From Candidatus Kuenenia stuttgartensis (GTDB lineage Bacteria; Planctomycetota; Brocadiia; Brocadiales; Brocadiaceae), in assembly GCF_900232105.1 (NCBI RefSeq), contig NZ_LT934425.1, forward strand, positions 900,001 to 932,000: a stretch of DNA of 32,000 bases. The letters are read 5' to 3'. Position 1 is the first letter of the stretch; every line of letters starts with the position of its first letter. Positions 20,077 through 28,835 of this stretch are shown in pieces. A program made the translations under genes and the position numbers. The notes under the pieces are model-generated. The model ran no database searches. It had not been told where the DNA came from and was given only the letters and a program-made list of their open reading frames with translations.

Positions 20077-20110
20077 GTGTTAACCCCATGCCGAAGCATG
20101 GGGTTAACAC
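20077..20110 (-). terminator. Very stable hairpin downstream of the 20130..21584 gene (possible processing or termination signal)
   Basis: Perfect 15-bp arms, GTGTTAACCCCATGC / GCATGGGGTTAACAC. On the minus strand the loop is a C(UUCG)G tetraloop. No U-tract follows. Confidence 0.5.
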
Positions 20111-20129
20111 CTCGTTATCAAAGATTCTC

Positions 20130-21584
20130 CTATTTCACAAGCACTACTTTCAACGTTGTTTTTAGATTATTGTACTTAAATTTCACCTTTGAGGTTCCTT
20201 TCTTCTTTTTTGCAGTAATGTTAAACGCGGCCTCACCGTAGGTTTCTCCTGCAATTGTCATTGTTTTACGTGGAGATGCGGATACCTTCTTTTTGCCATC
20301 TTTGTTTTTCTTCACCGTTGCTTTAACCTTCTCGCCTGATATTGGCAGACAACCTTCGGGGGTTATCAAATACACGGTAACTTCAGCCGTTTGCCCCTTT
20401 TTCAGCTCTATCTCTTCGGGAGAAACAACTATCGAGGTAACTTCACACTCCGATGGGATAGAAGTCTCCGTTGGGTTTGGAGTTGGGCTTGAGGCTGGAG
20501 GTGTTGGCGTAACAACCGTTGCTGCCGCCAATGTAAAGTCACGGACAGTGGTATCGCCTTCAACTATCGCCACGCCTGAAGCCGGCGCCTGAATATATCC
20601 TGCCGCAGAAGCAATAAACGTATAAATTCCATCCGATATATTCTCTAACTGGTAATACCCTGTTGTATCAGTAGTCGTTTTATAGATACCCGAAATGCTT
20701 GATACCGCAGCTCCATTGATACCTTCGCCCGTGTCTTTGTCAGTTACGAATCCGGCAAGTACACCCAATGTTTCACCAGGAAGCGTGGGAGTTGCAACAG
20801 TCACCGGTGTTGGTTCCGTTGTTGGCGTAGCAGTTGGAGTAGCAACAATCGCTGTTGAAGTTGGAGTCGGAGTTGAAGTACTGCCACCACCACCACTACC
20901 GCCGCCGCCACCTCCACCTCCACCTCCACCACCGCCACCGCCGGTTGCTGGGGTAGGAGTTGGGGTTGGTGTAGCTGCCGACAATTGGGACATCGTAAAT
21001 GTGTAGGTATAAACATAGTCTCCTTCAGTTGTTTCATCACCGTTTTCTTGTACTCCTGCCGCATAAAAAGTTACAGGATCATCTATTGTCGTAGAGGGCG
21101 CATTCCACAGTACCTGCCATAAGGGCTGACTGCCTCCTAAAATAGTTTGTGATATGTATTGGTCTGATTTAGAAGCCGATTCACCAACAACGGCGGTGAA
21201 AGTGCCAATGTAATTATTATTCGCATCTAACGCTGTCATATCAAAGCCGTGATTTGGAAAGGCGTCGGTATCGGAACCTTCAAAGGAGACCGTAATCTCA
21301 ACGCTTTCCCCCAGAGTATACGTTTCGGGGGCAGATATTGAAAATATGGCGCTTCCTGAATTCAGCTCAGTTCCAGTGTGACATTCAGAACACGCATCAC
21401 CATCACCATCACCATCGGCATCGGCATCAAGAGGGGAACCTGTATGGTCGTTCCACTCCTCCCCCAATGCCATCGTTGACTTGCAGATTTGTCCAAATAT
21501 AGGACTTACCATAATGCACAACACACAGCATGAAAGGATAAAATACATACACTGCATAAACTTGTTTCGCATGGTTCGCTGCAC
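20130..21584 (-). CDS. Secreted protein with single CxxCH motif, choice-of-anchor-V-like domain, poly-Gly and Thr-Pro linkers, carboxypeptidase-regulatory-like domain and Lys-rich C-terminal domain
   Basis: N-terminal hydrophobic segment, then DADADGDGDGDACSECHTG. FYAAGVQENGDETTEGDYVYTYTFT, G(16)SGGGG, TPTPT repeats. GFVTDKDTGEGINGAAVSSISGIYKTTTDTTGYYQLENISDGIYTFIASAAGY. Confidence 0.85.
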   Translation of the reverse strand: MQRTMRNKFMQCMYFILSCCVLCIMVSPIFGQICKSTMALGEEWNDHTGSPLDADADGDGDGDACSECHTGTELNSGSAIFSISAPETYTLGESVEITVSFEGSDTDAFPNHGFDMTALDANNNYIGTFTAVVGESASKSDQYISQTILGGSQPLWQVLWNAPSTTIDDPVTFYAAGVQENGDETTEGDYVYTYTFTMSQLSAATPTPTPTPATGGGGGGGGGGGGGGGSGGGGSTSTPTPTSTAIVATPTATPTTEPTPVTVATPTLPGETLGVLAGFVTDKDTGEGINGAAVSSISGIYKTTTDTTGYYQLENISDGIYTFIASAAGYIQAPASGVAIVEGDTTVRDFTLAAATVVTPTPPASSPTPNPTETSIPSECEVTSIVVSPEEIELKKGQTAEVTVYLITPEGCLPISGEKVKATVKKNKDGKKKVSASPRKTMTIAGETYGEAAFNITAKKKKGTSKVKFKYNNLKTTLKVVLVK

Positions 21585-22571
21585 CTCCTTTAAAAAATTG
21601 TAATAACTTCCCGGATAAAAACGGAAAGAGGGTTCTGTTGATTAAGCCTCCCATTACTCCCCTTTATGAAAAAACCGGCCTCTCCGACCTATTGATAATG
21701 CTGCATTTTATCTTTAACATTTTGGGAAACCGGAGTAGATCAATAGTGTCATAATATCCTCTTGTAATCGAATCCTTCTAAAACGCCTTTTTTTGCAACG
21801 CTCGTAATAAAGCAATCGCTTAGTTCTACTGAAAAATATGTCTACTGATGAACAACTATTGTGCCATTAACGGAATATTGTTTTTAAAATATCACAAGTC
21901 TTATTTTCAAAAGCAGTTATTAATAACATTGCCACCTATGTGATAAATGAATCAAAAAAACCTCCCGATATAACAAAACAAACACACGCAATATTTGCGC
22001 AAAATAAAACACGAGGTTTTCATTTGCTGTAACAGAGAGATTATCACCTCTTCGAAGCCTGCAAACACAGGTTTTTAGTTTATATAGCCTAACAAATTAG
22101 GTTTTCTAAACATAAAAACATTGCATGCGCATTGAACAAGGGATTGCAGTCCCTTGTTTAAATTCAATTTTCGAAACCTATACGCTTGTGGCGATACGCA
22201 GTATTTGCATGAAGCACGCCAAGGTGCATTTCCGATTTTTTGTAAAAAAGCTTATTATTTATGCAGGATGGGCCACTCGTCAGAAGTCAGAAGTCAGAAG
22301 TCCGCGAAAAACTCTGATCTCTGATCTCTGACCTCTGATCTCTGACTTCTATATTCTCTTTTCATCCTACTAAAATGACGGGTTACAAAAAATCGGGAAT
22401 ACTCCCCGCGCCCCGCCAGCGGGGGGACATAGTTTGAATCCGGATCATTGCCCCTCTGCCCCCTCGCTGTTTCCCTTTTTTGGAAGCACTTGAATTAACT
22501 ATTGTTTTGCATTAAAATAACGCCATTATTTTACTTCTTATAACCGCACCGATTAAAGTGAAGACAGAAAA

Positions 22572-22847
22572 ATGAATTTTTCAAAACCAAAGAAGAAACA
22601 GAAAGGTGTGATAATACAGGATATTGGCAAAGAAGTAGTCCTTCGTAATGTTGATGAAAAAACGATTCATGTACTCAATACTACGGCAAGGATTATATGG
22701 GAACTTTGCGATGGCGAGCATACCATCGGGGATATGGAACGTCAATTAAGAGAAACGTTTTCCATACCCGACGATACAAACATTTGCAACGATATAGTAA
22801 ATACGCTGACTGTCCTGGCAGAAAAAGGCATGTTGGAGGAATTATAA
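22572..22847 (+). CDS. PqqD family protein (RiPP recognition element-like)
   Basis: 91 aa. EVVLRNVDEKTIHVLNTTARIIWELCDGEHTIGDMERQLRETFSIPDDTNICNDIVNTLTVLAEKGMLEEL has a typical PqqD fold sequence. Confidence 0.88.
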   Translation: MNFSKPKKKQKGVIIQDIGKEVVLRNVDEKTIHVLNTTARIIWELCDGEHTIGDMERQLRETFSIPDDTNICNDIVNTLTVLAEKGMLEEL

Positions 22848-22908
22848 AGAAAATACTATTTTGTAATACTTTAGTTTTTTGAAAATATTGAAATCCATAA
22901 ACATTTAA

Positions 22909-22940
22909 TGTAGTAGCAAGGCACGCCTTGCCGCTACATG
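22909..22940. repeat. Imperfect palindrome downstream of the PqqD-like gene
   Basis: ATGTAGTAGCAAGGC-AC-GCCTTGCCGCTACAT with two mismatched positions. Confidence 0.6.
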
Positions 22941-23029
22941 TGGCGGTTATAATATCCGCTTGTAATTAAATATGTTACAAAAACACTTGCCCGCAAGCAT
23001 GCATTTAAAAAACGAAAATTCCTATACTA

Positions 23030-23638
23030 TTAAATAAGGCGTCGATTTATAAAAATGCTCTTATTTTCTGGCGCTTTCCCTCTGCATAAAAAAAGAAATA
23101 TTACTTTACGGAACAGTAAAAAGAGAAAACGTGTGCCACGATTCACAATTGTTTTATTACAATCCTGTTTATTTCCTGTGAATATGTTTCTTTGAAATCC
23201 GCACAACGCGCGAACAACAGGGGTACTCCTTATGATCAACCATCCTGTTGATCTGCCTGCGAAAGTGTCAAGAGAGAGCATCTTTTCCCCTCGTTTAATA
23301 GCGGATACTTTGCCTATTATTTCACTATGGCTCACCACCGGATCGGCATGCGGCACATTGTCTCCCTTTGTAATGAAGGAAAAGCCCGTACCCTTTTCTG
23401 AGATAGTTAATACCCTGTGTACAATAAGCTTGTTCTCCGATCTGAAGGCTATAATATCGCCACGCCGTATCTGTGAATAGCCACACTCAACCAGGACATT
23501 GTCCCCTTCCCTTATGAGCGGATACATACTCCTGCCAACAATGGGGATAGTAAACATTTCATTGGTTTGATCCCATACATTGACGATAGCATGCAGCACT
23601 TCGCCTGAAATATTGTTATGATTTTCTTTTTGCATCAT
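23030..23638 (-). CDS. S24/S26 family peptidase (signal peptidase I-like)
   Basis: FTIPIVGRSMYPLIREGDNVLVECGYSQIRRGDIIAFRSENKLIVHRVLTI...GDNVPHADPVV has the Ser (SMYP) region, RRGDI segment and GDN motif. Confidence 0.85.
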   Translation of the reverse strand: MMQKENHNNISGEVLHAIVNVWDQTNEMFTIPIVGRSMYPLIREGDNVLVECGYSQIRRGDIIAFRSENKLIVHRVLTISEKGTGFSFITKGDNVPHADPVVSHSEIIGKVSAIKRGEKMLSLDTFAGRSTGWLIIRSTPVVRALCGFQRNIFTGNKQDCNKTIVNRGTRFLFLLFRKVIFLFLCRGKAPENKSIFINRRLI

Positions 23639-23851
23639 ATTAGAATCTTATCAGGAATTTCTTTGCATTTTTTTGGCAACATATTTAATGATCCCTTCTG
23701 CAGTAGGCAATCTACAGTCGGCAGTCGGCAGTTGACTAATGACCTCAAGCCTGTATCCCCCTTTATTAAGGGGTGACTTTTGCGGCCGGTCGCTTAGCTT
23801 AATGACATTGGTTTGCAACCTGGGCCCCACGTTTATGCTGTTCCTGATTTT

Positions 23852-23939
23852 TGTAGAGGTGCATTGCATGCGTCTCTCTGTGGTGTCAACATTTTCTTTA
23901 CGCGCAGCAGTTTCCGGACGCATGCAATGCACCTCTACA
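23852..23939. repeat. Perfect 23-bp inverted repeat pair separated by 42 bp (MITE/REP-like unit)
   Basis: TGTAGAGGTGCATTGCATGCGTC (23852-23874) and GACGCATGCAATGCACCTCTACA (23917-23939). Confidence 0.85.
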
Positions 23940-23943
23940 TTTA

Positions 23944-26900
23944 TTACTTTATTTTTACCCTTATTTTTTCGGCAATATTATTCACACTGAATACCACAAC
24001 CGCCTTTCCCTTTTTCTTTGCGGTAATGACAAAAGATGCTTGTCCATCTACATCAGTTACAGCAGTTTTGTTTGCAATTTTTGCAATTTTCTTTCCCTTT
24101 TTTATGTTTGCCTTTATCTCAAAACCCTCCGTATTGCCATTGGTTTCGCATGTTATTGTTATGAGGACTTCCCCTTCTTCTCCTTTCTTAAGCACTAATT
24201 TTTTAGGTTCTGCTTCAATAGCACTTATTGTACATTCCTGTGGTAAAGGAGTAGGCGTAACGGGTATTCCGTCGTCAGCAACAACATGCAACCGTGTTGC
24301 TGGATCCCCAAACAACACAAAAGTCTCTACCAATTCACTCCAATAACTACTCTGGGAGTAAGCATCCAGTTTTGCTTCTGTGCTGATCTCGCCTAAACCA
24401 TATGAAGAACCGGTAAAGACCGATTCATAAAAAGAAAGCATAAGTAATCTGTGTCCCGATGTATAGCTCAGGGCGGTTGCCGCCCATACGGCGATTGCCC
24501 CTTTATCCTGTAATCTCTGAAATTCTTCAGCAACTGAAACCTGTGTGCTTTTCCCCGTAAAAAATCCGTTAAGGCAGTTTGCAACTGTGACAACCGGCAG
24601 TTTATACCAATTATCCAGCAACGCAATGTCATCTGTGGTATAAATAGACGTGCTTGCATTCAGTCCCCACATATTTACAGCCCCGTGTCCAGTGTAATTC
24701 ACCATAAAACAACCGTTATTTATATTCTGGGTTATATTAAATGCCACATCATCGTTTGCAGTATAATCGCCTACATAAACCCTTTTTGCGGTATAGTTAT
24801 CAGGTAATAGTTCAATGATTTCTTCCGAAAGACTTTCAAAAGAAGATTGATCGTCATCCGCTACGAGTAAGACGTTTTTTGCCCAATCTTCCTCGGACGG
24901 ATGCTGATCATAGAATATTACCTTATTAATAATGTCTTCCGCCTGTTCGATTGTTTGCGCACAGAGCCGTCCGATATGCATGTCAGGGAGGATATCATTG
25001 CCACTTACAAGTACAAACCAGTTATCCGAAGGCGTCTCTCCCAATTCGTCAGTTTCTATAATCTGGGAAGGGACGTAATTTATCGTGCCTGATGCTAAGT
25101 TATCGTTGTAATCCTGATACGCGTCTCCTATTAATACAACGTATGCAGGGGCGGGTTCCTGCCAATTGTTATACGTGTAAGACAGGAAATCCCGTATTGC
25201 CTGCGGGGAAAAAATACCGTCATTAAATTCATCATAAATATCGCCAACCTTCACCGTAACCACCCTTAAACCATCATCGATGCGATGGCTGGCCAATGCA
25301 AGCGCATTATCATAAAAATCTTCATGCGTGATAATAATATAGTCCGCTCCCTTATCGGATGATTTCCATGATGATGTTTCATCCTTTTCAATTGCAAAGG
25401 GAGTTTTATATTGCGCTAATGTCAATGCCAGAAATCTTGTATCAGATTGGGCAACCCCTTCGAATTGTAATGTATATCTTTTGTTGTCGTTTACAATATT
25501 TGTGTTAATTACGCGCACAACTGCGTTGTGGTCTGTAATGTCAAATGCCTCCATATCACTGCCGGTGAAGGAGGATACTTCAAATTGATAGACGCCTTCA
25601 GAAGGCGCACGGAAAAATAGCTCATCATTTTCTGCAACATACGTATCAAGGTAGTCTATCTCTGCCCAGTTGATCAGCAATTGATCAACCGAAGCCCCTG
25701 TATCACCCACGGTTTCTACCGTAATGGTATTTTTCCCATTGTTTAAATACTCATGGGATACGGTTGCTTCATGATTGAAGACTATTCGTCCATCCCAGTA
25801 TTGATCGTCTATCTCTTTGTCATTTATATATATCTTTGTATGGTGATCCGGGTCACTCTTGCTGACGTCTGTATATCCCTTTAATTGCACCCGTATAGCA
25901 GCGGTCTCTGGACCCGAAAGGATATTTTTTATATTCAGGGTAAGCTCTTTTGTTTGCGGTGCAGTCAGTTTGCCGCCCCAGAAATAATGATCCTGTCCTT
26001 CACCCTCCGGCATTGTTTGCCAGTAATATGTATTTTCTTCAACATGGATCGTTGCTGGAAAGTAATCAGGAACAATAGCGTTGCCCGAAGTGGCGCCGTC
26101 GTGGATATTCATACGGACGCCACTGGTAGCGCCGGCGGTTAGCCAGTAAACATTTTTATCGGTATAGATATCGGTATATTCTTCGCCATAAAAAACGATA
26201 GTATCCGAAGTATTAAATACACCATCCTCTTCACCTTCAATAAATATGGCAACGTCCTCTCCCTTATTTGTCATAGTCAAAGTGCGGGGATCTATTGCGT
26301 CCACATCAAATCCGGCATCGATAAGATCATTGTAAGTTAATGTATACATGCCTTCTTCTTTCACGGTTATTTTAAGCCTGGGGGAAACCTCAGCGCCGGA
26401 ACTGTCCATTTTTCTTTGAACGGGGGTACGGTATGAATTCTCCGCAATCACAGGGCGTTTTATATTGTGGTAATTTATGATTTTCTTTTTAAGAAGATTT
26501 TCAAAAAAAGGACTTGCCATTGAAGTTTTTTTTTCAGGAGAAAGGTGACCCTCTTTCCATGAAACACGGGCGACAATCTTTCGGTAAATGCGTACCTCGC
26601 CAGTGACGGGATTGAACTGAACAGGCGTGAAATGTACTTGTGCGACCGGTTGATCGCGCAGGTATCCTTTATTGCCCATTTTTACCGGTGTGTCTGGAAA
26701 GAAGGCGTTAGAGGTATATATATGCTGATTTTCAAAGAACGTCTGCTTTATACTGCCGGAGGGGAATGTATCCTGGTTTTCCCCTTCTATCCCGGATTTA
26801 GGGGCAGGATATATATTGTATCCCTGCAAGGTTTCGTATTGTGCATCTAAAATATCAAGAGAGACGCCATGAATGACCGGCAAACCAACCATTGTTCCGC

Positions 26901-27213
26901 ACTGTGGCAATTGTGGTTCCCCAGGCATGGCGCTTTGTATGGTGTCTTGTATACAAATACGCTGATATGTTTTTCCCTCATGTTGTAATGTTTCGGTATG
27001 AAAGCCGTCTATAGTAAATTCAAGTTCAATTGACCGGCTGTCTGATGGCAATAATGTAACAGAGGCGTTGCACAATCCTGTATACCACAGCATCAGGAAG
27101 GATAGTATGGCGACTAGAGGTGCAATGACCATGCACAGTGAATAATAAGAACGGTTGCGGCGTACGAAAAATATTTTTACTATCCATCTTCTTATCATCT
27201 TTCTCCCCCTCAA
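23944..27213 (-). CDS. Secreted C25 (gingipain-like) cysteine peptidase with shared Lys-rich C-terminal beta domain
   Basis: 1089 aa. LPQCGTMVGLP; ADYIIITHEDFYDNALALASHRIDDGLRVVTVKVGDIYDEFNDGIFSPQAIRDFLSYTY; AYVVLIGDAYQDY. Catalytic regions are MVNYTGHGAVNMWG and VVTVANCLNGFF. Confidence 0.92.
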   Translation of the reverse strand: MRGRKMIRRWIVKIFFVRRNRSYYSLCMVIAPLVAILSFLMLWYTGLCNASVTLLPSDSRSIELEFTIDGFHTETLQHEGKTYQRICIQDTIQSAMPGEPQLPQCGTMVGLPVIHGVSLDILDAQYETLQGYNIYPAPKSGIEGENQDTFPSGSIKQTFFENQHIYTSNAFFPDTPVKMGNKGYLRDQPVAQVHFTPVQFNPVTGEVRIYRKIVARVSWKEGHLSPEKKTSMASPFFENLLKKKIINYHNIKRPVIAENSYRTPVQRKMDSSGAEVSPRLKITVKEEGMYTLTYNDLIDAGFDVDAIDPRTLTMTNKGEDVAIFIEGEEDGVFNTSDTIVFYGEEYTDIYTDKNVYWLTAGATSGVRMNIHDGATSGNAIVPDYFPATIHVEENTYYWQTMPEGEGQDHYFWGGKLTAPQTKELTLNIKNILSGPETAAIRVQLKGYTDVSKSDPDHHTKIYINDKEIDDQYWDGRIVFNHEATVSHEYLNNGKNTITVETVGDTGASVDQLLINWAEIDYLDTYVAENDELFFRAPSEGVYQFEVSSFTGSDMEAFDITDHNAVVRVINTNIVNDNKRYTLQFEGVAQSDTRFLALTLAQYKTPFAIEKDETSSWKSSDKGADYIIITHEDFYDNALALASHRIDDGLRVVTVKVGDIYDEFNDGIFSPQAIRDFLSYTYNNWQEPAPAYVVLIGDAYQDYNDNLASGTINYVPSQIIETDELGETPSDNWFVLVSGNDILPDMHIGRLCAQTIEQAEDIINKVIFYDQHPSEEDWAKNVLLVADDDQSSFESLSEEIIELLPDNYTAKRVYVGDYTANDDVAFNITQNINNGCFMVNYTGHGAVNMWGLNASTSIYTTDDIALLDNWYKLPVVTVANCLNGFFTGKSTQVSVAEEFQRLQDKGAIAVWAATALSYTSGHRLLMLSFYESVFTGSSYGLGEISTEAKLDAYSQSSYWSELVETFVLFGDPATRLHVVADDGIPVTPTPLPQECTISAIEAEPKKLVLKKGEEGEVLITITCETNGNTEGFEIKANIKKGKKIAKIANKTAVTDVDGQASFVITAKKKGKAVVVFSVNNIAEKIRVKIK

Positions 27214-27216
27214 GGA

Positions 27217-28359
27217 CTATGTACACACTTCGGCGCATACTATATCCGCCATATCTTGTAAGCGACCGGCAGTTAAGTGGTAGCATCGTGCTTTTGCGAT
27301 AATATTTGATAATTCCATGAACAATCGAATCGAACTGCCTTTAAATTCGTCCAGCAATATTTTTGATTTATAACTGCCCTGGTAATTCCCCAGAAGCGCA
27401 AGAGCTGCCTGGCTAACGGGTATGGGAAGAAGTCTTGCATTGCCGTTGAACGAAGCGTGTCCTTCTGTTCCCTTGAGGACGTCTAGCACAAGTATTTTGT
27501 GCATGGCGCATATTGTCTCTATTTTAGAAAGAATTTTATTTGCCTTGTCCGCACGTAGTATGAGTGCTGGAAAACTACCATTTACATCAACGTACATATT
27601 CCGTACCCCGGCAATGTTTTCTATGAGACGCAACACTTCATCATTCATTTTATCAACGAGAATGGTTAAGTCCTGTTCGTTGTTTTTCGTAATTCCCTTC
27701 TCATTCTGCAAAAAGAAAATATACTCAACGGGCACTTTCGTGCCAGAACTGCCCGGCAGTATTTGATCAATATCCAAAAGCAGTTTATCCAGCCATTCCT
27801 CTCCGCCGATAGTATTGTCCGGAAATCCAACCAATGATAACGTATCCTTTCGAACCCGCAGGCTTCGGGGAAACGGGTACACTAAATGGTCGTGTCTCCC
27901 CAGGGCAGCCATTTCATCAGAAAGAAATTTAAACCCTCTCTTCAGAAGTGTTAGTACTAAGGTAGTCTTGCCATACCCGCCATCTGCCACGATAAGCACG
28001 CCGTGGTTATCGAAGGAAACTACACCGGCATGTATTAAAAAATGGCTTTTTATGCGGGTAATAATTGACATGAGTATGCATTCATAAGCAAATCCGTCTA
28101 ATAATTTAGGATCATTAAGCGGCCATATCTCATCATTGCACATTAATACCGGCTTGCCAAAAATGTTGTCAGGATGTGTAATTAAAGAGAATTCTATCTG
28201 CGATGCAGGAAGAGAGGGAAATTCATTCTTCAGAAACCGACTATACATCTTTGTAAAAAGGTCAATAAATTCAATGGAATCAGATTTGATTGTTACCACC
28301 AAATCAAAGAAATAGAGCGTTACTTTGTTAAGAAGATACGGTTTTTGTAATAATCCCAT
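27217..28359 (-). CDS. HPr kinase-like (HprK-related) ATP-binding protein
   Basis: 380 aa. HAGVVSFDNHGVLIVADGGYGKTTLVLTLLKRGFKFLSDEMAAL combines a Walker A with the downstream LSDE typical of HprK-related kinases. Confidence 0.8.
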   Translation of the reverse strand: MGLLQKPYLLNKVTLYFFDLVVTIKSDSIEFIDLFTKMYSRFLKNEFPSLPASQIEFSLITHPDNIFGKPVLMCNDEIWPLNDPKLLDGFAYECILMSIITRIKSHFLIHAGVVSFDNHGVLIVADGGYGKTTLVLTLLKRGFKFLSDEMAALGRHDHLVYPFPRSLRVRKDTLSLVGFPDNTIGGEEWLDKLLLDIDQILPGSSGTKVPVEYIFFLQNEKGITKNNEQDLTILVDKMNDEVLRLIENIAGVRNMYVDVNGSFPALILRADKANKILSKIETICAMHKILVLDVLKGTEGHASFNGNARLLPIPVSQAALALLGNYQGSYKSKILLDEFKGSSIRLFMELSNIIAKARCYHLTAGRLQDMADIVCAEVCT

Positions 28360-28705
28360 GGGGTATTTATATATTAAAAAAAAGGTAACACTTTAGAGTT
28401 TTGAAAAACCATAAAAGCAAAATCATGCAGTTCAGCAGTCATTCAGCATACCCGCTCTTCAATTCCACCCCCTACACCCCCGCCAGCGGGGGACAGTTTA
28501 TGCAACTGCTCTTGTTCTCAAACTCCGGCATGGAAACGAGCGTTTTTAATTTTTCAAAAGACGAAATTGATACAAAAATATTGTATACTCAAGATGCTCA
28601 CAATTTGTGATTTGCCCCCCCGTGAGTAAGAAAGCCCCGTTCGTGAGAGCAATGCCTCTTCCAGATTTTCTAACGGGGTTTATAGACAATGTCGTACAAG
28701 TTCAA

Positions 28706-28730
28706 CACGGACAAACAAAGTTTGTCCGTG
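28706..28730. repeat. Hairpin between the small peptide gene and the HprK-like gene
   Basis: Perfect 11-bp arms, CACGGACAAAC-AAA-GTTTGTCCGTG. No following U-tract. Confidence 0.8.
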
Positions 28731-28835
28731 CCACCCAGATATCAATTTAAAATTCACATTTTATGCGCTTCTTGAGTATAACCATTCATGTAACCGGCAT
28801 GGGCAGTTACCAGGATGCCCTATCCACCTGCTGTG

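Noticed and set aside
20293-21006. Plus-strand ORFs with poly-Pro (20695..21006) and 20293..20592
   Set aside because: These are shadow ORFs opposite the poly-Gly/TPT-coding gene; the composition is explained by the antisense of GGN triplets.
23651-23990. ORFs 23651..23932 (-) and 23739..23990 (+)
   Set aside because: They are built from the inverted-repeat unit and AGTCGGC short repeats; no protein features.
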